Shown one piece after another: positions 30,570-40,713 of a stretch of 64,000 bases of DNA. Numbering within the stretch: the first letter of the stretch is position 1; each line of letters starts with the position of its first letter. The DNA is from an uncultured bacterium (GTDB lineage: Bacteria; Chloroflexota; UBA5177; JANWHV01): assembly GCA_963729625.1 (NCBI GenBank), contig CAVSOU010000008.1:832001-896000 (forward strand), read 5' to 3'. The notes under the pieces are model-generated. The model searched no databases. It was not told the origin of the DNA and was given only the letters and a program-made list of their open reading frames with translations. The position numbers and the translations under genes were made by a program.

Positions 30570-32063
30570 ATGACCGACGAAACGCTCGATGACGGACGCT
30601 ACCAGCCCCAGGGAGCGATCGGCATTGGAGCCATGGCGCGGGTCTTTCGCGCTTTCGATGTACGCCTTGAGCGTACCGTGGCCATCAAGATGTTGCATGA
30701 ACCCCTGGCCGCTGAACAGCAGGTTGTCGAACGGTTCAAGCTGGAAGGACGCATCGCGGCAGGCCTTGCACACCCGAACATCGTGAGCGTCTATGATTTC
30801 GGCGAAGAGCAGGGCAGGCCGTTCATGGTGATGGAGTATGTGCCGGGCAAGAATCTCAGGCAAGTGGTGGCACGGGAAGCGCCCATGCCCGTGAATCGTG
30901 CAACGGCAATCATGCGGCAACTCGCTGCCGCACTCGACTTCGCGCATGCGAACGGCGTGATCCATCGCGATATCAAACCCGAGAACATCCTGCTGACGGA
31001 CAGGGGTGAGGTGAAGGTTGGCGACTTCGGCATCGCCCGGGCCCTTGCCGGCACGTCGCTCACCACGGCGGGGACAGTCCTCGGCACCGCAGCCTATGCC
31101 TCACCGGAGCAGGTTAGCGGCCAGGTGGTGACGGCGGAATCCGATATCTATTCTGCCGGCATCGTACTATACGAGATGCTAACCGGGCGGGTCCCATTCG
31201 CCGGCGAGAATTCCGTGGCCGTGGCCATGGCCCAGGTGAATGAGATTCCGGAGCCGCCATCCGTGCACGTGCCAGGCCTCCCGCGCGGGGTTGAGGCAGT
31301 GGTGCTTATGGCACTTGCCAAGCAGCCGGCCGAGCGGTTCCACTCGGGATATGAGATGGTCATGGCCTTGAACAGCGCCGGCAAGGTCGCCTGGGCGCCG
31401 CCGGTCGAGGCGTCACCGGAGCGTGCGGGCGGGCGGCGCGGCGCGCGGAGGGCCGGCGGTGAGCCGGTCACGGCGAAGACGCTCATTGCTCCCCAGGTAC
31501 CGGTACCGGCGCCGTCGCGTCCATCGCGCGGCCGGGCGAAGCAAATTCCGGGGCTGCTGCTGGTCTGCGTGGTGCTCGCAGTTCTAGCCGCGATGTTTTA
31601 CCGCGGCCAGATCAGCGGTGGCGGAAGCCCGTCAGTCTCGGGGCCGGCGGTGACGCCAAGCTCGTCCACCGCCGGAGCGGCTGTTGATACTCGGCAAGTC
31701 CAGCCCGCGGCCTCCGGCGTCGTGGGTTCCAGCCACGGAGCCACCATCGCTCTGGTCACCGCAGCAGGAGTAAGCCAGAACTACCTTCCGGTGGGCGTTT
31801 CTACGCGCTTCCACATGAGCGGCGGCGACGTCTTTGCCGTGGCCACCGTTCGCAACAAGGCACAGGGCGATGCGGTGAAGTTCACCTGGCTGTACCCGGA
31901 CGGCTCGACATTTGTCTACAACAATGGTGTGATCGCATCGTACGTGGGCACCGTCGTCGCGTATGGACAATTGACGCCGCGAATGCCGGGGGCCTACACG
32001 GTGTCGACGGCGATCAACGGTCGAACGCTCGCAACGGCGTCGTTCACGGTGATCTCGGGCTAG
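30570..32063 (+). CDS. Hanks-type Ser/Thr protein kinase with TM and extracellular domain
   Basis: IGIGAMARV, VAIK, HRDIKPEN, DFG, GTAAYASPE, DIYSAG; one TM; no PASTA repeats. Confidence 0.95.
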   Translation: MTDETLDDGRYQPQGAIGIGAMARVFRAFDVRLERTVAIKMLHEPLAAEQQVVERFKLEGRIAAGLAHPNIVSVYDFGEEQGRPFMVMEYVPGKNLRQVVAREAPMPVNRATAIMRQLAAALDFAHANGVIHRDIKPENILLTDRGEVKVGDFGIARALAGTSLTTAGTVLGTAAYASPEQVSGQVVTAESDIYSAGIVLYEMLTGRVPFAGENSVAVAMAQVNEIPEPPSVHVPGLPRGVEAVVLMALAKQPAERFHSGYEMVMALNSAGKVAWAPPVEASPERAGGRRGARRAGGEPVTAKTLIAPQVPVPAPSRPSRGRAKQIPGLLLVCVVLAVLAAMFYRGQISGGGSPSVSGPAVTPSSSTAGAAVDTRQVQPAASGVVGSSHGATIALVTAAGVSQNYLPVGVSTRFHMSGGDVFAVATVRNKAQGDAVKFTWLYPDGSTFVYNNGVIASYVGTVVAYGQLTPRMPGAYTVSTAINGRTLATASFTVISG

Positions 32064-32158
32064 CCAGCGCGGTCGATACGCACTGAGCATATCGGGGCGC
32101 CGTCGGCCGCCGCCGAGTGCCCGAGCGCGCGGCCGCTCCACAGGGGGGACTGCCGCCG

Positions 32159-33343
32159 CTAGGACGCGCTTCGAGACTCACTCTCGATGATTCCTATTTC
32201 TTCATCTGAGAGGTAGCACGCGGGATCAGGAGCCCACTGATCGCCCGTAAGCGCGGCGGCGCGGGCGCGGAAGTTGCCGTTGCAGATATCCAGGAAGCGG
32301 CAGTCATGGCAGCGTCCTTTGAGCAGTTCCTTCCGATCTCGGAGGTCGAGCAGCAGCTGGTTGGTCGGGTCCGACCAGATAGTACTGAATGGCTTGAGGC
32401 GCACGTTTCCGAGCGCTGCCTGCCACCAAAACTGGTCGGGGTGAACCTGGCCGCGGAAGTCGACGTGCGCAACAGCAATGCCCGAGGAATTGCCGCCGCC
32501 ATGACGCGCCGCCGCGCGGATGCGCTCGGCTACTTCCAGCCCTTTTTCGCGTAGTGCCCAGAGATAAAGGTACCCGAGGTCGCTATGATTGTCCGCTGTA
32601 GAGATTTCCACGGGCAGGCCGCGATGCACGCAGTCATCGGCACGTCGGATGATGGAGTCCACGACCACTCGTATCTCGGGAGGGCTGAGTAAGTCATCCT
32701 GCAGGAATCGGCCGCGACCGGAGGGTACGAGATGGTAGAAGCAGACACGCTCGATACCATCGCGTTCCACGATCTCAAACAAGTCGTCGAGGTCCTGAAC
32801 CGTGTGGCGGGTGAGTGTCAGGCGCAGGCCAGTTTTCAGCCCAGCGGCGTGGCAATTGCGCAAGCCTTGCATCGCGGCCTCGAACGCCCCCGCTTGACCG
32901 CGGAACCTGTCGTGGGTGGCTTCTAGGCCGTCGAGGCTAATGTCCACATAGCCCACGCCAATCTCGGCGATGCGCTTGGCGATATATGGCGTGATCAGCG
33001 TGCCATTGGTGGAAAGCGTGACGCGCATCCCCAGGGAATGCGCGTAGACTGCCAGATCGAGAATGTCAATGCGCGTGAGAGGCTCGCCGCCGGAAATCAG
33101 CAGCTCAGGCACGCCGAACTCCGCGAAGTCTGTCAACATGCGCCGTGCTTCTTTAGTCGTCAGTTCGCCGGGAAAGGAGGTCGACTGCGCAGAGGCGTAG
33201 CAATGCGCGCACATGAGGTTGCAGCGGCGGGTCGAGGTCCAGACGACGACCGGTCGATGCCAGGCCTCGGTCTGGTTCTCGTCGAAGCGGAGGTGGTCCG
33301 TGGCGGTCTGCACGCGGCCGAGAAGTGTCGTTATCGCTAGCAT
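32159..33343 (-). CDS. ahbC: Radical SAM/SPASM protein, AhbC/NirJ1-like (alternative heme biosynthesis)
   Basis: RPVVVWTSTRRCNLMCAHCY, SGGEP, YHLVPSGRG, HPDQFW, CxxCxxxxxCNG, DPACYL. Confidence 0.8.
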   Translation of the reverse strand: MLAITTLLGRVQTATDHLRFDENQTEAWHRPVVVWTSTRRCNLMCAHCYASAQSTSFPGELTTKEARRMLTDFAEFGVPELLISGGEPLTRIDILDLAVYAHSLGMRVTLSTNGTLITPYIAKRIAEIGVGYVDISLDGLEATHDRFRGQAGAFEAAMQGLRNCHAAGLKTGLRLTLTRHTVQDLDDLFEIVERDGIERVCFYHLVPSGRGRFLQDDLLSPPEIRVVVDSIIRRADDCVHRGLPVEISTADNHSDLGYLYLWALREKGLEVAERIRAAARHGGGNSSGIAVAHVDFRGQVHPDQFWWQAALGNVRLKPFSTIWSDPTNQLLLDLRDRKELLKGRCHDCRFLDICNGNFRARAAALTGDQWAPDPACYLSDEEIGIIESESRSAS

Positions 33344-33674
33344 GATAGATGTCCCCCTTGGGCCCAGGCCTCTGCGTCTGGCCACTACATTGTAGGATCC
33401 TCGCTGCCGCCCGGTGGGACTAGGGCCGAAGGGCTCATAATGGCCGACCAACCCGACCATGGCTGCCAGAAGCCAGCAACGAGTATAGCAGAATACTTGA
33501 CAGGATCATATGCAAGACGGACCATTGACGTAGTGGGCCTCGGGATCGAGCCGGAGTATCTACCTACCGGAGTCGCCGGAGGAGGCTCGAAGCGGGGCCC
33601 GTCGCGGGGAAGAGGTAGTACGACAGCTGTATGCTGGTAGGCATGAGCGTGTTTGCCGGACAGACCCCTGGTCC

Positions 33675-34601
33675 ATGTCCATATTTCTAACCTTGCTCGG
33701 CAAGATCCTTCCTCTCTATGTCTACATGGTCCTTGGATACGTTGGCGGGCGCTTCCTCGGCATGCAGCGTGAAACCGTCGGCGCGCTGCTACTGTACTTC
33801 TTCTATCCTGTCGTCTACTTTGATGTGATCGTCACGTCGCGGATCACGCCGTCGACACTCTCGCTGCCCTTGTTGTTTCTCGTGCTTTGCTGCGGCATGT
33901 GCATCCTGTTCCTTTCGATCGGCGCGCGCGCCTGGAAAGACCCCACGAAGAACATCCTCGCGCAGACGGCCGGAACCGGCAACTATGCATATTTCGCTAT
34001 TCCGGTGGCTGCAGCCATCCTCCCGCAGCAGGCGCAAGCATTGGTCGTGTTGTCTGGCGTGGGTTTCATTGCCTACGAAAACACGCTCGGATTCTTCGTC
34101 GCCGCGAGAGGCAACTACTCACCGTCCGAGGCGCTGAGCAAGCTGGCGAGGCTGCCCGCGCTTTACGCGGCTGTCGCGGCGCTAGCGATCAACTACCTGC
34201 ACGTCGAAGTCAGCAGCACAGTTCTCGACGCAGCAGGCAATTTCAAGGGTGGATTCTCGGTTCTCGGCATGATGACGATCGGTCTTGGCCTGGCGACCAT
34301 CGATGTCGGCAAGTTCCGGATCGACTGGACGTACGTGCTCCTGGCATTCGCGGCGCGATTCCTTGTCTGGCCCGTTCTCCTGTGCTGCATCGTCGCCGCC
34401 GACTCCTACTTCATCGGCTTCTATTCCGCCGAAGCGCACAAGGTGATGATCCTTATGTCCGTCATACCGCTTTCGGCGAACACCATCATCTACTCGATCG
34501 CTCTTGGCGCCGAGCCGGAAAAGGTGTCGGTTGGGGTGCTGCTCAGCACGCTCGTGGCCCTCGTGCTGATCCCACTCGCCGGGGTGCTCTACCTGCAGTG
34601 A
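33675..34601 (+). CDS. AEC (auxin efflux carrier/malate permease) family transporter
   Basis: GNYAYFAIP, LGMMTIG, PLSANT, VLLSTL motifs; ~10 TMs. Confidence 0.9.
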   Translation: MSIFLTLLGKILPLYVYMVLGYVGGRFLGMQRETVGALLLYFFYPVVYFDVIVTSRITPSTLSLPLLFLVLCCGMCILFLSIGARAWKDPTKNILAQTAGTGNYAYFAIPVAAAILPQQAQALVVLSGVGFIAYENTLGFFVAARGNYSPSEALSKLARLPALYAAVAALAINYLHVEVSSTVLDAAGNFKGGFSVLGMMTIGLGLATIDVGKFRIDWTYVLLAFAARFLVWPVLLCCIVAADSYFIGFYSAEAHKVMILMSVIPLSANTIIYSIALGAEPEKVSVGVLLSTLVALVLIPLAGVLYLQ

Positions 34602-34741
34602 TGACGTGCCGGGGACTAAACTCCTGCCGCGGGAGACTGGCTGGGGCAGTTGCGGGACCATCGGAGTGTGCAGGTTCGGGTATGGCAGATGACAACACCT
34701 CCCGACTCACTGGAGCTCTCGGAATGGATAGAGCCGCCGGT

Positions 34742-35659
34742 TCACGGCAATTTATTCCCGGCTGCCAGATAGATGTCATACCATTCTTGGCGGGTCATCT
34801 TGACATCGGATGCCTTGCACGAATCCTTCACACGGTTTGGATTCGTTGTACCAATAATGGGCTGCATTCGTGCAGGATGCCGCAACAGCCACGCTATCGC
34901 GATTGCTGTGTTCGTGACACCTCTGGATGAAGCGATTGCATTTATCGTCGCGTTCAGAACAGGGAACTTGTCACTGTCCAGAAAGACGCCTTCGAAGAAT
35001 CCATACTGAAACGGCGACCAAGGCTGTATAGTTATTTCCTTAAGCCGACAGTAATCAAGGATGCTGCCGTCACGATCAATCGAAGCATCAATCTTCATAT
35101 TCACGTTGATACCTGTATCGATCATGCCAGTATTGGTGACGCTCAGTTGCAGTTGATTGATGATGATCGGCTGCTTGACGAATCTGGTCAGCAGTTCAAT
35201 CTGCATGGGGTTCTGGTTGCTCACGCCGAAATACGCGACTTTTCCGCTGTCCTGCAGGATCGTGAAGGCTTCGGCCACTTCTTCTGGCTCAACCAGCGCA
35301 TCTGGGCGATGCAGCAGTACAACATCGAGATGATCCGTTCGCAGCCGCTTGAGACTTCCGTCGACCGCCTCCAGAATGTGCTCTTTCGAGAAATCGAAAG
35401 ATCCCTGGCGGATCCCGACCTTGGTCTGCAGGATCATGGTGTCACGCAGGCGCGGCGTCATTTCGAGCGCTTCGGCAAACTTCTCCTCCGACTTGCCCCC
35501 GCCATAGACATCGGCATGGTCGAAAAAGTTGATACCCTCGTCCAGCGCAGTGTGAACCAGCGTCGCAATATCCTGACTGGGCATACTAGCAATCCGCATG
35601 CATCCAAGCGCTATTTCGGAAGCATCAAGGTCGCAGCGTGCAATTCTGATCTTGTTCAT
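34742..35659 (-). CDS. Aldo/keto reductase (YdhF/YcsN-like)
   Basis: LGCMRI, FDHADVYGGG, QTKVGI, LLHRPD, GVSN, WSP, AWLLRHP. Confidence 0.94.
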   Translation of the reverse strand: MNKIRIARCDLDASEIALGCMRIASMPSQDIATLVHTALDEGINFFDHADVYGGGKSEEKFAEALEMTPRLRDTMILQTKVGIRQGSFDFSKEHILEAVDGSLKRLRTDHLDVVLLHRPDALVEPEEVAEAFTILQDSGKVAYFGVSNQNPMQIELLTRFVKQPIIINQLQLSVTNTGMIDTGINVNMKIDASIDRDGSILDYCRLKEITIQPWSPFQYGFFEGVFLDSDKFPVLNATINAIASSRGVTNTAIAIAWLLRHPARMQPIIGTTNPNRVKDSCKASDVKMTRQEWYDIYLAAGNKLP

Positions 35660-36039
35660 GGACCTTCCTTTGCCTTGAGGACTATCGTCGACGGTTCCGC
35701 TCTGACTCATCGTTCCGTTGAAACACCTACTCAACCGTTCGGCCCAGGCAAGTCCCCCGACTACTCAGGACCCTTACCGTCGGCCGCCGAGCATCCTGGC
35801 CCTGCCAGGGAACCCTGGACTACGGGGAGAACGCCAATAATCGTGTCGTACGACCAAAGGCGGCCCGTCGGCCAGTCCTGCAGCATCACTGACCCGGGCT
35901 GATCCGACGTGACAGTGCTGTTCCCTGAACACGCCCGACTCCGACCAGCAGCGTGCATCTTGTCTGACTGCTCACCAGAGGATAACACACGCTTCCCTGG
36001 TGAGCGGCCGTGCCCGCATGGCGCGCCCTGACCGTCGTC

Positions 36040-36245
36040 GGACGATCGGCATCACTCTGAATGCCGCCGGTTTCTCCACGCATATCTCGGGGGACGCCAC
36101 GAGCATCGCCCTCAGCGCCGACGGCCTGCCGACCCAAATCAGCACGCCGATCCGCGTGATGCAGACCGGCCGCTACGACGGCGCCAGCCGCGCCACGCAC
36201 GTCGATGCGATTAGGCCCGCGGCGGTCAGTGCGCCGCTGAACAAC
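36040..36245 (+). pseudogene. Probable gene fragment
   Basis: Strong third-position G/C bias (IGITLNAAGFSTHISGDATSIALSADGLPTQIS...) without a convincing start; runs into the rho 3' end. Confidence 0.3.
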
Positions 36246-36247
36246 GC

Positions 36248-38884
36248 CTACGATTGCGTCCGCGACAGGAGCTCCAGGAACACCTTGTTGCTCGGCGTCT
36301 TGCTCAAGCGATCCACGAACTGTTCGGTCGCCGGTATTGCCTGAATTCCGGCCATTCGGCGCCGCAGGAGAACAACCCACCGCAGCGTGGCCGGGTCAAG
36401 CAGAAGCTCTTCTTTTCTGGTGCTGGACTTCGTGATATCGATCGCCGGGAAGATACGCCGCTCCGCCAACCCGCGGTCAAGATGGAGTTCCATATTACCT
36501 GTGCCCTTGAACTCCTCATAGACCACACCGTCGAGACGGCTCTCTGTGTCGACCAGACAGGTGGCAATAATCGTCAGGCTACCTCCCTGCTCGATGGCGC
36601 GGGCTGCTCCGAAAATGCGGCGAGCCGTAGTAAGCGCGCTTGCGTCCATGCCACCGGACAGCGTTCTGCCACCGCCGCTGCCTCCGAGGTTGTAGGCGCG
36701 CGCGAGCCTGGTAATACTGTCCAGCAGTACGACGACATCCTTACCCATTTCCGCGAGACGCCTGGCGCGCTCGAGTGCCATCTCGGCAAGATGTCCGTGT
36801 CGCTCAGTCTCCTCGTCGAAACTAGAAGCAAAAGTAATTGCCTCGGGCAGCGACACGCGAAGATCCGTTACCTCCTCCGGCCGCTCGCCTACGAGGCACA
36901 GTATGAGACTGGCGTCGGGATAGTTGGTCACCACGCCATGACCTATGTGCTTGAGCACGGTGGTCTTGCCCGCCTTGGGCGGCGAGACGATCAACGCGCG
37001 CTGGCCGAAACCGACCGGCGCGATCATGTCGATCATCCTGGTGGTTAGCGGCTGCTGCCCGGTCTCCAGATGAATCATTCGGTCCGGGTAGATCGGTGTG
37101 AGATCCTCAAAGCGCTTCCGGGTGCGCATCTGCTCGAACGGCACATCGTTAATTGTGAGTACGCGCTCGACCGTCACCGGTCCTCGCCCGCGTCCCGGTC
37201 GCGCTTCGACACGCACAATGTCGCCGTTGCGAAGATCGAAGCGCCGAACATCGCGCACGCTTATGAGCGGGTCATCGCTCCTCACGCGCAAATCTTCCTC
37301 GCGAAGGAAGGCCTCTCCGTTTGGCACGAAGTCCAGCATGCCGTGTACCTCAAATACCGGCATTCGCTGCTGCGGCACGAATTCGACCGCGGGTTGGCGC
37401 TCCTCAAACGCGTAACTTTGCGGCGGCAGCGGATTGGCGACGGGAGGCATGCCGTTCCCGGTACCCAGGCTCATACCGTTCCCGCTGCCCTGGCCCATGC
37501 CATTCCCGCTGCCCTGGCCGGCGATGGGCGCTGACCCACGCCCGCGCCGCCGCCGGCGGCGGCGATTGCGTGCATCAGCATTCTGATTGGTGCTCAAGTC
37601 AGTCGGCTGGCCCTGCGGAGTCTGTCCGGGTTGATTGCGAGGATTGATTGGCTGCACGCGCTGGCCCTGCTGCGGTCGTTGCTGATGCGGTTGTCGGAAC
37701 TGGCCTGGCTGCCTGCCGTGCGGTGGTCGATACGTGGCAGGCGGGGTCTGGCCATTGTACTGCTGAGGAGCCACGGGGCCAACAGGTGCAGCAGGCACAC
37801 TGGTTCCGGGAGAGCCTGCGGCAGGCGCCTCAGCCGCGGGCATAGCGTCCTGGCTCGGCTGACGATCCGCGGCCTTGATCGTAGTCTCCGGAGTCTGCTC
37901 CGAAAGAGCCGCCGAGCCACTCCCGGCGGACCCCGGCTCTGGCGCGACGGGCGCGATGCCGGTGGTCTGACTCGATTGAGCCGATGGCGTGGCGCCACTC
38001 GCCTCGCCCTTCACGCCTACATCTGCTCTCGGCGCGCCCCGACGTGGCCGCCTGGCGTGGTCGCGCACGAGCACCGCTGATGCTTCCGGCGCCGTTTGTT
38101 CGGCGGAGGCGACGACAGTTTCCTGCCGCTCGGCTACGACGCCTTGCTGTGCCGCCGCCGGGGTCTCGGCCACCGGTGATGGCGCGGGCGCACCTGCCTG
38201 CGCCGCGAGCGCCTGCGAGGGTTTCGGCACGCTCGCCGCCCGTTTCGAGGACCTTTGCCGCAAGGGAGATACCGTTTCCGCGCGTGGAGTCTCGGCGGGT
38301 GGGGCCACTGCTGGCTCTGTCGGTGCGGATCGTGCATCCGTGGGCGGCATCGCAGTCTTTCCGCTGGCCAGCGGTCTGGTCTCGGCGGACGGCGGTGCTG
38401 CCAGGTTGCCACGGCGACTCCGCGCCACGGGTTTCTTCGTCTGCACAGGCGCATCCGAGGCACTGGCGTCGTGTGACGCTGCAACGTCCCCAGACGCGAC
38501 TGGCAGCGGCGCGGCGGCGGCCTTTGCGGCGTCACTCACAGGTGGCTGCACGCTCTTTGCAGCCTTTACGTGTGGTTTTGGCCCTTTTGCCGGTATTTCT
38601 GCCGCTCCTGACTCGGCCGAAGGCGCCGACTTGGCTAGGGAAGGGGCAGTCGTCTTGCGCTTGGACGCAGGCTCGGATTGGTGAACAGACGGTTCCGGTG
38701 GCGCTAATACGGCGGAATGTACCGCGCCGGCTGTGCGCGTTCGCCGTGGTTTCGCCGGCCCCGGCTCTGCGGTCTGGATCGCGGGAGTCGTTCCCTCAGG
38801 CTCGACGGCGGCTTTGGAGCCGCGTGCCCGCGCTGGACGTGCCTGCGCGACCTTGTCCTCACTCAAGAGCCGTACCTCTGTCAT
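36248..38884 (-). CDS. rho: Transcription termination factor Rho with very long low-complexity N-terminal extension
   Basis: GQRALIVSPPKAGKT, GERPEEV, LLDSITRLARAYN, EEFKGTGNMEL, RRIFPAID. Confidence 0.96.
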   Translation of the reverse strand: MTEVRLLSEDKVAQARPARARGSKAAVEPEGTTPAIQTAEPGPAKPRRTRTAGAVHSAVLAPPEPSVHQSEPASKRKTTAPSLAKSAPSAESGAAEIPAKGPKPHVKAAKSVQPPVSDAAKAAAAPLPVASGDVAASHDASASDAPVQTKKPVARSRRGNLAAPPSAETRPLASGKTAMPPTDARSAPTEPAVAPPAETPRAETVSPLRQRSSKRAASVPKPSQALAAQAGAPAPSPVAETPAAAQQGVVAERQETVVASAEQTAPEASAVLVRDHARRPRRGAPRADVGVKGEASGATPSAQSSQTTGIAPVAPEPGSAGSGSAALSEQTPETTIKAADRQPSQDAMPAAEAPAAGSPGTSVPAAPVGPVAPQQYNGQTPPATYRPPHGRQPGQFRQPHQQRPQQGQRVQPINPRNQPGQTPQGQPTDLSTNQNADARNRRRRRRRGRGSAPIAGQGSGNGMGQGSGNGMSLGTGNGMPPVANPLPPQSYAFEERQPAVEFVPQQRMPVFEVHGMLDFVPNGEAFLREEDLRVRSDDPLISVRDVRRFDLRNGDIVRVEARPGRGRGPVTVERVLTINDVPFEQMRTRKRFEDLTPIYPDRMIHLETGQQPLTTRMIDMIAPVGFGQRALIVSPPKAGKTTVLKHIGHGVVTNYPDASLILCLVGERPEEVTDLRVSLPEAITFASSFDEETERHGHLAEMALERARRLAEMGKDVVVLLDSITRLARAYNLGGSGGGRTLSGGMDASALTTARRIFGAARAIEQGGSLTIIATCLVDTESRLDGVVYEEFKGTGNMELHLDRGLAERRIFPAIDITKSSTRKEELLLDPATLRWVVLLRRRMAGIQAIPATEQFVDRLSKTPSNKVFLELLSRTQS
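37448..37519 (-). repeat. 24-nt x3 tandem repeat in rho (GQGSGNGM)
   Basis: GQGSGNGM-GQGSGNGM-SLGTGNGM. Confidence 0.85.
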
Positions 38885-39455
38885 TGCTCGAAATGTTTCC
38901 TTTCATCCTGATCTGCTCCGCACTGGTCCGCTAGGCGCGGGACGCCGGCGAAAACGAGGCACTGCGCACGGAAGAACCGTTCTTGACGCATGCCAAGCGG
39001 ATGCGGATCAGCCTTGTCATGCGAGCACATCCGCACTGAACACACGGTGGGTCAAGGGCTGTGCGTTTTCAGCACTAGGCGCTATTCGGAATCCGACGTC
39101 CTTCTTGCTTGGTCACTATGCCAGACCATGCCACTGCAAGTGCACGATCACCCGGCGAAACCTGACCTATCGAGCTTCCATGCTCGTCACCAAGCTGTGC
39201 CACTAGTGAGTGCGTACCCGCCGGCCACGCTGTCGCGATCAGCATGTGCTACACATAGCGGTGAGATCTGTTCGCCGCACCGGCCTGTCATACAATCACG
39301 CCGGGGTCAGAGAGCTCTTTGCGCCGTGCCTCATGCAGCCAACCCATGGCCAGACCGCACCGGCGGAAAGAACAACGATCTCCACCTGCATTGTATCGCA
39401 GTTTCAGCAATATGGAAGGGGGTGCGATAGCCAATTTCGCTATACTACACCAGAC

Positions 39456-40490
39456 ATGACATCTTTCGGTCCCCAGTGCCCCCCCGCGCGCATTGTCCGC
39501 GATGCTCAAGCGTGGGATGTGCTCGTTCGTAGCCACCCGCAGGGCGGATTCATGCAGTCCTCTTTCTGGGGTCGGTTCCGGCGCGGTTTTGGCTGGGTAC
39601 CGATCCGCATTGTGGTACGAGGACCGTACGCCCAACCCCCTCCGGCAGCGCAAGTGCTGCTTCGCCGAATACCGTTCAGCCCCTATACCGTTGGCTATGT
39701 GCCACGTGGCCCTCTGTTCGATTTCGAGAACGAAGGCGCACTGGCCGCCATTGTGGAGGGTCTCGATTGGCTGGCGAAGCGGGTGCGTGCTATCTCAATT
39801 ACTGTTGAGCTGCCGGAAACGCGGGATCCGCTGCTCGGCCCCCGTATGCAGCGGTTTGGCCTTCGGCCGGCCAAGCCGGTCCAGCACATATCGACTCGCG
39901 TATTGGATATCTCGCCTTCACTCGACCAGCTACAAGGTCAGTGGAAGCCGAAGTGGCGCTATAATACGCGGCTCGCCGCGAAACACGGCGTGTCCGCGCG
40001 GGAGGCACGGGACGAGGCCGACTACGCGCGCTGGTACGGGTTGATGCGCGATACGAGCGTGCGTGACCGGTTTACGATCCGCTCCGAGGAATACTACCAT
40101 CGATTCTGGCTGCAAGGGCGTCGAGAAGGTACGACCGTCCTGCTGCTTGCCGAGCACGAGAACAGGCTGCTTGCGGGCATCATCGTTCATCACTTTGGCG
40201 ATGAGGCGACGTATCTCTACGGCGCGTCATCGAGCGAGAGCCGCAACGTGATGGCGCCACAGTTCCTGCAGTGGGAAGCAATGCAATGGGCCAGGGCGCG
40301 CGGCGCCAAGCACTACGATTTGTTTGGCATCGCCAGCACCGACGACGAGCACGATCCGCTGGCAGGAGTTACCCGTTTCAAGGCCGGTTACGGCGGCAAG
40401 GTCGTTCACTACGGTGGCGCTTTCGACCGCATCTACCATCCGCTGCTTTACGCCGCCATGCAGCGCGCCCGCGCTAGAAGTGTGGGCTAG
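39456..40490 (+). CDS. FemABX family peptidoglycan bridge peptidyltransferase
   Basis: FMQS.FWG, YVPRGP, KWRYN, YLYGAS, LQWEAM, YDLFG, FKAGYGG; TATACT at 39441 suggests a near-leaderless mRNA. Confidence 0.92.
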   Translation: MTSFGPQCPPARIVRDAQAWDVLVRSHPQGGFMQSSFWGRFRRGFGWVPIRIVVRGPYAQPPPAAQVLLRRIPFSPYTVGYVPRGPLFDFENEGALAAIVEGLDWLAKRVRAISITVELPETRDPLLGPRMQRFGLRPAKPVQHISTRVLDISPSLDQLQGQWKPKWRYNTRLAAKHGVSAREARDEADYARWYGLMRDTSVRDRFTIRSEEYYHRFWLQGRREGTTVLLLAEHENRLLAGIIVHHFGDEATYLYGASSSESRNVMAPQFLQWEAMQWARARGAKHYDLFGIASTDDEHDPLAGVTRFKAGYGGKVVHYGGAFDRIYHPLLYAAMQRARARSVG

Positions 40491-40713
40491 CGAGCATGCG
40501 CGAGGGGCAGTTCGGAAATACGATTGTGCGGTCGCTGTACACTACAGTATTGCATCCGATTACGGGGCCGGCGCGCACTGATTGTCGATCGCGGAAGCAA
40601 GGCACGTCGTGCGTGCCGGCAGCGAGCGGGTTCAATCCTCAGCCCTGCCTGTCATGGTCGAACGGACTGCAGAACGCCTGCTGACCGGCGCGATACGGAG
40701 TGGGAAAGCACGC

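Noticed and set aside
38971-38982. SOS-like GAAG-N4-GTTC upstream of rho
   Set aside because: Mismatch in the conserved half-site; likely chance
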